The position numbers and the translations under genes were made by a program. The notes below the pieces were generated by a model, which worked only from the letters and a program-made list of their open reading frames with translations, did no database searches and was not told the DNA's origin. A stretch of 64,000 nt of DNA from assembly GCA_022813865.1 (NCBI GenBank), contig JALDZX010000054.1, forward strand, positions 62,001 to 126,000, written 5' to 3'. Below, piece by piece: positions 52,568-64,000 of the stretch. How positions within the stretch are numbered: position 1 is the stretch's first letter; every line of letters begins with the position of its first letter. This DNA comes from Xylographa opegraphella (Eukaryota).

Positions 52568-55500
52568 TCAAGAACCACGGAACAAGAACTGCATGTCCTC
52601 TGGTGTGAGCTTCTCCATAGCGACCTGATCATTATTGATAGTCCCGTTGATCATATTTGCCTTCTTTTCTTGCAGCATGACCATACGCGACTCGACAGAA
52701 TCTTCAATACACAGCCTTGTGATCACACAAGGACGTTTTTGACCGATGCGATGGCACCGATCCGCAGATTGCCACTCGGCTGCTGGGTTCCACCATCTGT
52801 AGTACGGTTAGTTTTCCGCAATATGAAAGAATATAGAAGGTACACACGGGTCAATGATAAAGACTCTTGAGGCCTCAGTGAGGTTAAGAGCTACACCACC
52901 AGCTTTCAAGGACACGAGAAAGACCTCGACGTCTGTATTCTTCATGAAGTACTCGATAGAGTTTTGCCGCTGTGCTGGAGTCATACTGCCGTCAAGCATG
53001 ACAGTATTGAAACCCGCTCGTCGTAAACGCCACTCCACAAGCTGTAGCATGGACGTAAATTGCGAAAAGACGATCGACTTGTGAGTTTGCTTCTTGCTGC
53101 GCAGTTTGAATAGGTCGTAGAGCAACATCTCGATCTTAGTGGAAGACGTCCACTCTTCCATCTTGATACGATTTATGATCGAGTTTTTCTTGACGTGCTC
53201 CTCGTCTTGTTCGATGTCGGGCTGGTCAAAATCAATAGCCAAAGCGATATGGCATCTTGGACAATCAGGGTCACCATTAAGTCCAACTTCGAACGACCGA
53301 ACATAATCTTTGGCGCACCTTCGGCAGAATTCGTGATGGCACCGAGATCGAATCGGCTCCTCCGCCGTTTCATCGCAAATGCTACATACAAGAACATTTT
53401 GGCCACCTTCGGCGTGCTTCTTCAAAATGAGATCGGGATGGTTCGCGACTTGGCGCATCTGCATGATAAGACCAAAGATATTGGCATAGTTATTCAGCAT
53501 GACACCTCGGCTCACATAGGTATCAAACTGACGGGTAGTGTTGCTCATGATACTTGACGAAAAGTCTCTTTCTATCTCTCCAAAGAACTCGTTGTGAATG
53601 ATTACTTCCTTTGGTGGCAATTCCATAGAGGCTGTATGATCTCTCTTGACACGTCTCAGCATAATTCTGTCCGTGATAAGCCGCAGTTTGGCTAATGCAC
53701 CTTTGCGAAGGTCTGGATCGTCTCCCTGAGTGATCGGATTTAAAATTTCCTGATTGAAAATCGATACATGTTGAAATCCGCTGTGGTGACAATGCGTACA
53801 CTTCTTTTGTTCGTCTTGAGACCAGTGCAACTCTGCACATTTGCAGCTCTTGCAGAAGTAACACGCGAATGGCTTCACTTCCAGGAAACGGAGCAATGAA
53901 AAGAACTCTCCGATACGATTTTGAACCGGGGTGCCGGACAGACACCATTTATACTCGGCTTTCAGTGCAAAGCAGGCTTTGGCAACGCTCGCAGTTCGAC
54001 TCTTGATATTGTGAGCTTCGTCAAGAATAAGGCGATGATACTTTAAGGCATGGATACGGCTGTTCTCCTTTATGAGTCCATCATCGCGTTTCCAACCCTT
54101 GCATTCTTTGCGATAAATCGATTCAATGCCAGAATAAGAGATCATGATAACGTCGTAGTTCTTCAATTCTTTTATATTGAGCTTTTTTACTTTCGGATCA
54201 GTGTTGTGATGCACCAGAATCTTTAATTTGCCATTAGTATATCTACTGATCCGTCAGTGCGTTCTCCAATTGAGAGATGCTTCTATGGAAACCTACTCAT
54301 TTATTTCGTTCTGCCACTGCATCAGAGCCACAGGAGGTACAACCACCAGGGTTGGCTGCTCTGCAGGATAATCCGACATAATGAGGGACACTGCTTGAAT
54401 AGTCTTGCCCATTCCCATCTCATCACCCAGTAGGCCACCTTTCCATGGAGATTTTTCCTGCTTACACATCCAATCGAGGCCTTCCAACTGAAAAGATTTA
54501 AGCTTACGGTTGATTGATTCTGGCTGTTGCGCCAATTGAGGCTTGATTATTGCGATGGCTTCAAGATCGGTCCACAAGGTCTTGATTTCTGGATGAGCTC
54601 TCTCAAGCTTTGCACGCTCTCTATCTGCCTAAAAAGGTCAGTACGGGTTAAAGTACAGCAAGAAAGATTAAACTCACTCTACTGGTAAGCCATGGGAACC
54701 TTCTGCTTCTCCTCGACAAACCCGGCGAATTGCTACGTGCTAATTGAAGTCGTCGATGGCGAGTAGCGTTTGTTAGACTTTGTGGTGCAGCAGTAATATT
54801 AGCTGCTGTTGCAAGATCACTGGGATCAACCATATCGTCATCATCAAGATCAGAATATTCCAATTCGGAGTCCAAGTCCGAGTCGTAGACTGACATCTCG
54901 GACAACTCTTCCTCGTCAGAGTCCACCACAATCATCGAAGCTTTCTCTGCAATCGACTGCCTGGCAGTATCGCGGGCGGCACGGGATGGTAATAAGGTCC
55001 TGCCAATGTTCTTGACTCTCTTGACCTTCTCTCGATCATGTTGAATTGAGGAGCCTCGACTGGACAGATTGTCGTTGACTTGAGATGAAATCTCCATACC
55101 ATCACCCACCTCGTCTTCAGAGTCCATTATCAACGATTTGCGTCCCCGTTTCTTAAGCATTATTGGTTGAAAACTGGATTCAACATACTCTTGCTCTTGC
55201 AAAGACTGAGCGAGGAGTGCATCGTCCATGATCTGCTCAGCCATTTCATTTTTTATTATACGTTTACGCTTACGCATGCCCTCTAACGATGATGTCGTGC
55301 TAATGCCGCGGCTTTCACTATTGTTCGACAAGCTGTTGGTCATGCAGTGGGTGGGCAATCTGCTCTTGCGGCTGTCAACACGGAATTCGGCGGGTGTGAC
55401 TGCAGCACTAGTGAAAGGAGTGTCGTATTCGTTCGAGTTCTCGCGATAACTTGACAATGCTGACGAAGCCACAGAAGGACTGTGTGGTGGAGCTTGGCGG

Positions 55501-55859
55501 CTGTGGTGAGAAGCATCCCTGGAATCCGTGATCGGAATAGCTACTGCTTTGAAAACTTTGCTACCAGCAGGGTAGGCAACATTGGACACGGCTGAAGAGA
55601 TATCGTTGTCGAGTGAAGTGTTATCCGAGTCCATGATCTCTGCATCTGGCGGGACCTGTTTCTTTCTTGCCAGCGAGGGGCGACCTCTCGAACGCCGGAC
55701 TCCTGGAGACAGATGGGCAGCTGTTTGTTGCGGTATATAGTTGGGAGCAAGCTTAGAAGCTGGTTTAGTGTCAGTAATGTGTTGCGAATTGAGACACGGG
55801 GAAGACTCACAGGGCTTAGAATCGCACGACGCCGCAGCGGCACCTCTGGCTTTCGCCAT
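52568..55859 (-). CDS. RAD16: Global-genome NER SNF2-family ATPase with RING finger
   Basis: [35 protein letters not shown]...CHHEFCRRC...[20 protein letters not shown]-terminus [13 protein letters not shown]. Confidence 0.96.
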
Positions 55860-56381
55860 TTTGATAGTATTGATTGTTATTTAGCCTTTGCGTCTGCCGT
55901 TGGCGGTAAGTGAGGAGGCTAAGCCAAGCAGTAAGAAAAGCGGGTTGGTTGGCAAAAAAGTCTAGGATAAGACAGGGCAACTATACGTCCCGTAAACGGT
56001 GAAGCCTTTGCCAGAGCCAGCCACCTCGGGAAGCGCTATCAAGAAACTGTGCTGGTGTAATGAAGAGACGGTGAGAGCACAAGTGAGGTGAAAAGGTGCC
56101 GGAGCGGTAGTCTAATGCAAGGGTGGAGTGTACGTTGTGTCAGTAACGAAACTTCTTGCCACCCGTCTCCCTGTCGATCGCGAAACTACCGCGTCCAAAA
56201 ATGGCTTTCTCCTGCTTAGCGTGTTTTCCTAATTAGAGTGCCTGAGAGTGCTTGCAGGGGGCTTAACAAATCGCCAATTCTTTGGCTAACACTTTCATAG
56301 TTCTTCATTGCCTTCTTTGTTCTGTTGATAACCGCTATCCGGGTATTTTTCAATTTCTCTACCTTGAACCAAAAAAAGGCA
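55860..56381. promoter_or_regulatory. Probable bidirectional promoter shared by RAD16 and RAD7
   Basis: About 520 bp between divergent start codons; contains TTGCCACC (56156-56163) and CGCGAAA (56179-56185). Confidence 0.6.
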
Positions 56382-58470
56382 ATGTGAGTAGCAGCACAAT
56401 GCTCAAGATTTCTTCAGGATACTTACAATGCACAGGTCTGGGCGGCGTGCAGCGACAAATCGCATTCGCGGGCCGTGGGTTGCTCTTAGGTGTAGCGATC
56501 CGGACATCTCCTTACTAAATGTTTGTCTAGTCAATCAGCACTTACCGATTTTCTTGCCTCCAACAACATCTCTGCGGTTCAGATTCGTGATGAATATGAG
56601 CGCAGAAGACGGACTGCCCATCAACAGGAAGCACAGAATGCCCCTTCGACTGCACCCTTAGAGGAGGAGGAGCAGGAGAAGGAGGAGGAGGAGGAGGAGG
56701 AGGAGGAGGAGGAGGAGGAGGAACAGGAAGAGCGAGTGGAAACTGCGGAGCAAAAGAAAAGGAGGAAGAGGAAGGAAGAGGCAGCTGTCGCAAAGATTAA
56801 ACAGAGCAAAGCTTACCAGAAACGGAAAGCTCAGAACGAGGATGAGCCGGACGGCTATGACGATCAGATCGCCTGGGATATGTATGCAAAATCTAAGCCG
56901 CTGCCAGGTCAACTCGAGAATTGTGAACTCTGTGAGAAGCGATTCACCGTGACTGCCTACAGCAAGACGGGTCCTGATGGTGGACTGCTGTGTGCTAAAT
57001 GCTCGAAGGCTCAAGAGGCGGAGAGGAAGAAGGATGCAAAGCCAAAAAAGCAGGCTGCGAGCCGGGACAAGCGACGGAAGACACAAAGCAATCTTCTGGA
57101 CGGTATCGTCCGTAACGGCTCGAAGACATTACAAGAGCTATGTGTCGAAGTGAGCGACTCGTATTGCAAGTCGCCGATGTAGTGGCATGCTGATAAGTAC
57201 CATAGCAAGTGGCGGACAACATCAATGATGTGGAGGAGTTTGGTGATCTACCCCAGGCCCTGCTCGACAGATTGAGCCAAATCTTGTCGAAGCGACGTGT
57301 CATTACATCACGGACATTAGACTTGTTTCTTCGGTCCGATCTGGATTCTATATCTGTCTACGACTGTGGCAGTGAGTATGCCTAGTTTATTGATATAACA
57401 CTGGCTGACCATTATCAGAGCTCGAGGTTTCGGATTATATGAAAATATTTTCCATAGTCCCACGAGTAGAACGTCTCAATCTTGGTAATGCAGGTCAATT
57501 CAAAGACGAAGTTTTGGACTACATGCTTGAGCGTAACGTACCAATACAACATTTACAACTGCAAGCCGCCAATCTCGTGACCGATGCAAAGTGGAGAGAA
57601 TACTTTGCCAAAGCCGGACATCGATTGGAATCGCTTAAATTGTCATGGCTAGACTATTCTATGGACGATGAGAGCATTTCTCATCTCGCAAACGGCTGTC
57701 CGAAGCTGAAACGCCTTAAGTTGAAGAAATGCTTCCGCCTTGGTGATGCCTCATTGGAAGCTTTATCTCAGCTAAAGCACCTCGAGTATCTCTCGCTTCG
57801 ATTTGTGAAGCCTACAAAGATGGAGACTCTGAGAAATCTAATCCATTCTGTGGGCAAGGATCTCCGGACACTCTCACTGGAAAATTTCGAGAACGCGGAT
57901 GACGAAGTGCTTGCGGAAATACATTCGACCTGCGTCAGTTTGAGTAAACTGCGTTTCTGCGAAAATGACTACTGTACGGACAGGGCGTTCTGTGCTCTCT
58001 TCACAGAGTGGCACAACCCTCCTCTAAGTTATGTGGGTCTCTCTAGTAACCGCGATGTCGATTACACGAGGCCCGATGGACCCGAAGACCCAATTGGTCT
58101 CGCTTGCGATGGCTTCAGGGCACTGATGGCACACTCCGGTTCCAAGCTTGAGCATCTAGACATCAGCTCTTGTCGACACATTACGAAGGGAGCTTTTCAG
58201 GAAGTCTTTGATGGCGTCAAGCAGTATCCATTGTTAAAAGAAATCAATATTTCTTTCCTGACTAAAATTGACACCGTAACTGTGGCCGGCATGTTCAGAA
58301 GTTGTCCGGCAATGGCCAAGGTGACGGCTTTTGGTTGCTTCAATGTGACTGATATTATGGTGCCATCCGGGGTGGCCCTCATTGGCGTGCCGAATGCATT
58401 GGAACCCATTGTGCAGGAAGGTGATCATATGGGGTTGATTGGGATGCCGGATCTGATATCCGCACCCTGA
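56382..58470 (+). CDS. RAD7: Global-genome NER leucine-rich-repeat protein (start 56382 via split ATG, or 56428)
   Basis: NRIRGP-QSALTDFLA, PGQLENCELCEKRFTVTAYS...LLCAKC, TLQELC (elongin BC-box-like), RNI-like LRRs. Confidence 0.93.
56682..56720 (+). repeat. (GAG)13 coding microsatellite (poly-Glu) in RAD7
   Basis: Directly visible pure trinucleotide run. Confidence 0.9.
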
Positions 58471-58879
58471 AGGCTGAGTTGTTGATTGCGCTTTTTTGTG
58501 AGACAATATCTTCGGGGTACTGGGGAACGTGTGGAGCCCGATGTACGAGATATGATCGATGTATGCTATTGAGGTATTTATGCTCTCACAGCACTATTTT
58601 CGCAAGAACATCTCTTCTGGTTCATGATACTGAGCCTGCTGCTATGTGCCAGCAAAATTACTGATATAGTTTCTGAGTGGATAATACCTCGCACCATTAC
58701 CGTATGGTTTGCTGCGTGGCAACATAATATGTATAAGTGCTCAAACTGCATGCTGCCTCCTATTCACCTAAAGCACTTAACACAAGATAAACTAGTCTCA
58801 ATCGCTGAGCTACTCCAACGAATTCTAAAGTATCATATGAAATTCAAGCCGACCTCGAAAGACTAGCATACAGCTGGTA

Positions 58880-59865
58880 CTAAAGCTTGGTCTCACCGTT
58901 CCTCGTCACCCGCCTCTTCGCCAAATTTCTATCAGCTCTCACTATGAGACAAACATGCTGACTCAAGGCCACCAAATCTCGGACATCATCCATAATCACT
59001 ACTTCAAGATCCATTCTCCCATTCTTGATCTGCTTCGCTCTCACCCTCACGAACAGCCACTCTACTCCCGCCAGCGGCAGAATCTTCTTGATTTCCAAAT
59101 TTAGAAGAACAGTTGGGTACCATAAATGGCCGTTCCGGTACTGCCAGGGTATAGAATCTGGGGCATGCTCCCGGAAAGACTCCACGATCTGAGGGAACGC
59201 ATCTGCCACGTAGCCGAGGCTGTTCATGGTGAACTTCTCACCACTTTTGAAGCGTATCCATTCGTCAACAATAGAAAGGTCGAGCTGACCTGTACGAGGG
59301 ATGAAAATGTCGATTTTGGCAGAGGCTTTCCGAAAGCTGAGAAAGGGCATATCTGAGTAGCTTCTCCAATGCTCGTCGCGGTTGGTACTTATCAGGGGGA
59401 TCTTGGCGGGGTATGGGGCGGGAAGTAAGCTCCAATTCGTGGAGAGACTTATGCCGGTCTCGGTGGCCATATTTGTGTGAGTGACATAGCCAACGACCTC
59501 TTCGCGGCTGGAACCTTGTGTTAGGCTGACGTGGATGGTTGATGTCTGCTGGCCTAGCTTGAGGTCCTTGACAGTGAATGTGGCGGTCCCAGTTGAAGCG
59601 CGACGCAGGAAATTCAGGTGAACTGTCATGACATGAGGCTGCTGCTGCGCCTTGAGAGTCGTGTTGAAATGAAGCGAGGCAACGGCCTGGATACACGAGG
59701 TCACATAGCCTCCGTGGGGGACTGGTTATAGAGATCAGTATAGATCACACTGCAACGGAGCTGTGACGTGCCACTGCCAATACACCACTCTTCGGGAAAG
59801 AAGGCAGAATAGCTATGAGATCCGATGGCCTTCACATGAGTTGCCTCTATGAAGGAAGACATCAT
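58880..59865 (-). CDS. Double-hotdog thioesterase-like family protein (one intron near the 5' end)
   Basis: EWCIGS-VPHGGYVTS, HLNFLRR, WYPTVLLNLEIKK, NGRMDLEV; C-terminal TKL. Confidence 0.88.
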
Positions 59866-60910
59866 ATGTAGGCACGGGGTACAAACAGACGACCTGGCGC
59901 ACAAACGGAGGGAAAGCGACAGTAGGCGGTGTACATCCAGAATCTTAGCATGAGCTCGTCTTAGCCATTGAAGTATATCTGATGACTTCGGACGATCGCA
60001 AGGGAAGGCGGTCAATGAGCGTGGTTGGAAGAAACTTTCCGTTGGTTTTAGACCCGAAATCTGTCGAGGATGATACAAGTCATTTTTCTCGTCTCAAACT
60101 CCAGATCGTCAGACTCTCAATCATGGTCGGTAGTTCCATCATGGCCGCCTCCTGTCAGTGGCGCAGGAGAGAGATGCTTTAATTGCGCAGTGTGTACGGA
60201 GTACTGTGTAATAATGATCGAGCACCTGAGATCACAGGTGGTCTGCTCGGGGCGTGTCACGTGGAACTCTGGAGCACAGGAACCAGGAGCCAGGTCCGGG
60301 GGGCTACACAGTACGTCCGGGGGAACATTAGCGGCTCAGGCAGCGGGGCCGCCCCCGCCAAGTCCACGAGCTCCCCAATTCATTCGTGGCGCATCAGCTG
60401 CTCCTGAAACGACGTTAGCGGCGGGCGGGTGCAAGTGCCCAGCCAGCCAGCCAGCCCCAGATGCCTCGACTTTCACAGGGTTGAAGCCATAGGTCCTACG
60501 GAAGCCGTCACGGACGCATCAGCATCACTTCTCAAGTACTTATTGCAGTTCCTGAGTCATTGATTATCCCAACATATTGAGGCTTTGCTTGACTGTCATT
60601 GCTTCTTATACTTGCGCCGAACACAAATACCCACTGCACGTATCCTCGTTAAGAACACGCTCGACTTGGGCACATTCAGCAACGGTTCAGCCACAACAGG
60701 CACGGGGACACCGTTCTAGAGCATTAACGCTTGGAACCTACCCTTCGGCTGATCTCTGTGCGACCTATCCGATCGGAGTGTGTCCAGCAGCTTTCTCATA
60801 GAAGACCGAAGCAGAAGCGTTGTGCTACGGAGGTGTTTGGACACCATTATACTACTCGTGGTAGGCCCCATCGAGTCGGAGGATACCGCACTTTCCGCTG
60901 GGTACCAGCG

Positions 60911-63900
60911 ATGGGCAACGTAAGCAGTCGGCCAGACGATGGCTCAGCGCTGCACCTGAAAGATCAGAATCGCTGTACGTGCCGAAATCGTCTTCCCGGA
61001 CGTGCGAATATATGCTGAATATGGAACACACAGTCTCCATAACATCTCTTACTGTAACCAACTCGAGAAGACGAATACTACTCAACGTGGCTCCGAATGG
61101 ATATCCTGCAACCAGGGTTGTAGCAAAGCGCGACATTGGCGACGAGAGTCCTATCGAGTATATACAGGTGACTGAGTGCTCTCAATGCCGGAGACTGCGC
61201 TGATATTCCATGCATTGCAGGATCCAGAAGCCTACACTGCTTTCAGTAATCCTAGTTTCCTACTCCGGTTGAATAACGATGATGAACTACATTTCAATTT
61301 CACTTGTGTGATACGACAGACCCCGAGTCAAGCTGGGTCAGCCGGGACCAATAGTAATGCAGCGGTGGATACTTTCATCAATGGCTTGACATTTGCGTTC
61401 GCAGCCAGTCCCAAAGATCTTGACGTCTTGGTCACACGAGAGTTCCATGCGGACCCGAATCTCCACAAGAACTCGAACGTTGAATTGGTGGGATCAGAGT
61501 ACTCGACTGCCGGTAGTCCATCAATACAGCTGACGTGGTCATGGAAGTGGCGGCCTCCCAAACTAGCTGAAGATAAAGGAGGTGGCTGGAGGAATACTTG
61601 TACGTTTGTTGAATATGATCAGAGGGCTCATAGACTCAACACACTGGCTACTTTCTCGTTTTGGGTACAAAACACGGCTCGCACATTCCTCAGCCCTCAA
61701 ATTCCGTCCCCTCAATACGAACTACTCGTTCCGCCGAGACTGCGAGTTCCCTCTTCGCAGTCTGTCCAGTCCGCTTTCAGTGACTCAGAGGGGCAGAGTG
61801 ATGTTCGGGAAATCCCGTCGCCAGAGGACATAATAGACAACAGCATACCTGTATTACAAGCAAGCACTAAAGATTCTACGATTGTTGATGTGGCATGTCA
61901 GCGGCCTGGCGAGGATATGAGTGCGGTGGAAGATGGGCCTCTTTTCCGAGCGACTATGAAAGCCCTTGAGCAAAAGACAGGTAGCATGAAGACAAGAATG
62001 AAAAAAGTGCTCAAAAAGGCCGAAGCAGCACAAGCAGCTCAAGTAGAATGCAATGAGTCAGTGGCCGCATTCATGGACGCTCTTCGAGAAGCTTCAGCAT
62101 CCAATGCAAACGCGGTTCAACCAGCCTTGGAGCACTACTTTGAAAAGATTGCTAGGCAAATTCTTTCGTACGAAAAACAGAATACGGTGAACCTTCAGAA
62201 ACTCATCATTGACCCTTTATCCAAACTGTATAACATTGACATCAAGCAAGCTGAAAATAAGAAGAAAGATTTCGAAGACGAAAGCAAAGACTATTACGCG
62301 TATGTAAGTCGTTATCTTGGCCAACGTCAGGACTCTTTAAAAGAGAAAAAACGTATAGATAGTGACTCTAAGTACCAAACGAAGAGGCGGAACTTCGAGT
62401 TGAAGAGATTTGATTATTCTTCTTTCATGCAGGACTTACATGGTGGTAGGAAAGAGCAAGAGGTGCTCTCACATCTTACCAAGTTTGCAGACACGCAAAC
62501 CAAGAGCTACCTTTTCACCGCAAAAAAAGTTGAGGAGATGGTGCCGCAGTTGGAGGCACTGATACATGAAGTAAATGAAGTTGACAAAGAGTTTCAATTC
62601 CAACGAACAGAACGAGAAGAGAAGCGACGAACACTTGAGAAGAGTACTAAACAGTACATTGAGCCAGATGCTGCAAACACAAACTCCACCATCGTCGCAC
62701 CTCCGACAAGCAATGGAAGTTATATTTCAGATTCGGAATTATCGCGAGCCGATAGCAATGGTCGGAATAGTTTACATCACAACAGCTCATCCGCTACTCA
62801 ACACGCACTCGTGGCATCTTCTTCCGCTCCAAATACCGGGCTGACTCCTACATCCTCGAGTCTACGGTCTATCAGTGGCTCCCCCCTAACCAGTCCTGGC
62901 CAAGATAGATTCAAAGGCATTCGCGACCTTGAGGAAAGACACCAGGTTATGTCCGCTAATTTTGAGAAAAACGTCGGACTCCAGCGAAAGGAAGGTCTTC
63001 TGTGGGCTTTGAGCAGACCAGGATCTCATGTAGACCCACGAGGTTTGAACAAACAGGCGTGGCACAAGTAAGCTTTTCTGTCCGTTTACCCCAGTATGTT
63101 TTTCTGATCTCATAGATTCTGGATTGTGTTGGACCAAGGCAGATTATCAGAGTACAGCAACTGGAAAGAAAGATTAGACTTACACATGGAGCCAATAGAC
63201 CTACGACTGGCTTCTGTACGGGAGGCCCGAAATGCTGAGAGGAGGTTTTGCTTCGAAGTTATCACGCCCAACTACAAACGAGTATATCAGGCGACTTCAG
63301 AGGAAGACATGAACAACTGGATAAACTCCATCAATAACGCCCTTCAAAGTGCTGTTGAGGGCCGGAGTCAGCCACAACCCTTCGCACCAACGCCTGGTAA
63401 CGAAGGTTCGCTACGTCGTGATATCGGTTCCGTTTTGACTGGGAAATCACCATCGTACCATGGCCATCAATTCCATCATTCGGCCTCGAATGCGGGTGCT
63501 AATACAGCAAACAATAGTATCTATAGACGTACGACTGTTGGTGCGAGGCCAAATTATACACGAACGGAAAGCAATAGCTATGGGGACGACCCAATGAAAC
63601 TCCTGCAAGAGATCCGTGATAGGGACAAAGGAAATCTTTGGTGCGCCGACTGCAGTTCGAATCTCAAGACCGAGTGGGTTTCCATCAACCTGGGCATAAT
63701 TCTCTGTATCGAATGCAGTGGAATCCATCGTTCTCTAGGAACGCATGTCTCTAAGGTCCGCTCTCTTACATTAGATACTGTTTCATTCACTGCAGATATT
63801 GTCGACATCATAATGCAGATCGGAAATCGGATTAGCAATCAAATCTGGGAGGCAAAGCTTGATCCATCGGTCAAGCCTCAACCCTATGCGACAAGGGATC

Positions 63901-64000
63901 AGCGTCTCCGATTCATTACCGAGAAATACGTGGAGAGGTTATACATCGAACCGCTTTCAGTAACATTGTCCCACTACGCCACCGCGGACGACACTCTCAT
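60911..64000 (+). CDS. Arf GTPase-activating protein with BAR and PH domains (ACAP/Csx2-like), runs off the window end
   Basis: EDGPLFRA BAR start, KEGLLWA...WHKFWIVL PH domain, RRFCFEV, CADC-x16-CIECSGIHRSLG ArfGAP zinc finger; MGNVSS N-terminus. Confidence 0.93.

Overview
Gene-dense, intron-containing eukaryotic DNA from a filamentous ascomycete (Pezizomycotina; short GT-AG introns with CTRAY branch sites). About 25 protein-coding loci. The first 17 kb holds a LYAR zinc-finger gene, ERV2, a branched-chain aminotransferase, a small Cys-rich ORF, a GC-rich orphan J-domain gene, a Zn2Cys6 transcription factor and a Net1/Dnt1-like gene. Next come a giant Ser/Thr-rich WSC-repeat gene whose 3' part looks inactivated, two 'MC..C' Cys-motif orphan genes, and a Mup1-like permease divergently paired with a HeLo/SesA-like N-terminal-domain protein. 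From 34 kb on, the genes are mostly housekeeping: CDC43, ILM1, a GH5, MNS1 (GH47), RPT4, enolase, eIF3j, a Ser/Thr kinase, a head-to-head RAD16/RAD7 pair, a hotdog thioesterase and a 3'-partial BAR-PH-ArfGAP. I found no rRNA, convincing tRNA, CRISPR array or intact transposon. The accessory-looking segments (about 5.3-8.8 kb and 17-34 kb) are the most interesting. The best candidate for an undescribed system is the permease plus HeLo-like gene pair, but that link is inference only. All family calls rest on motif recognition by eye, not database searches, and exon boundaries are manual.
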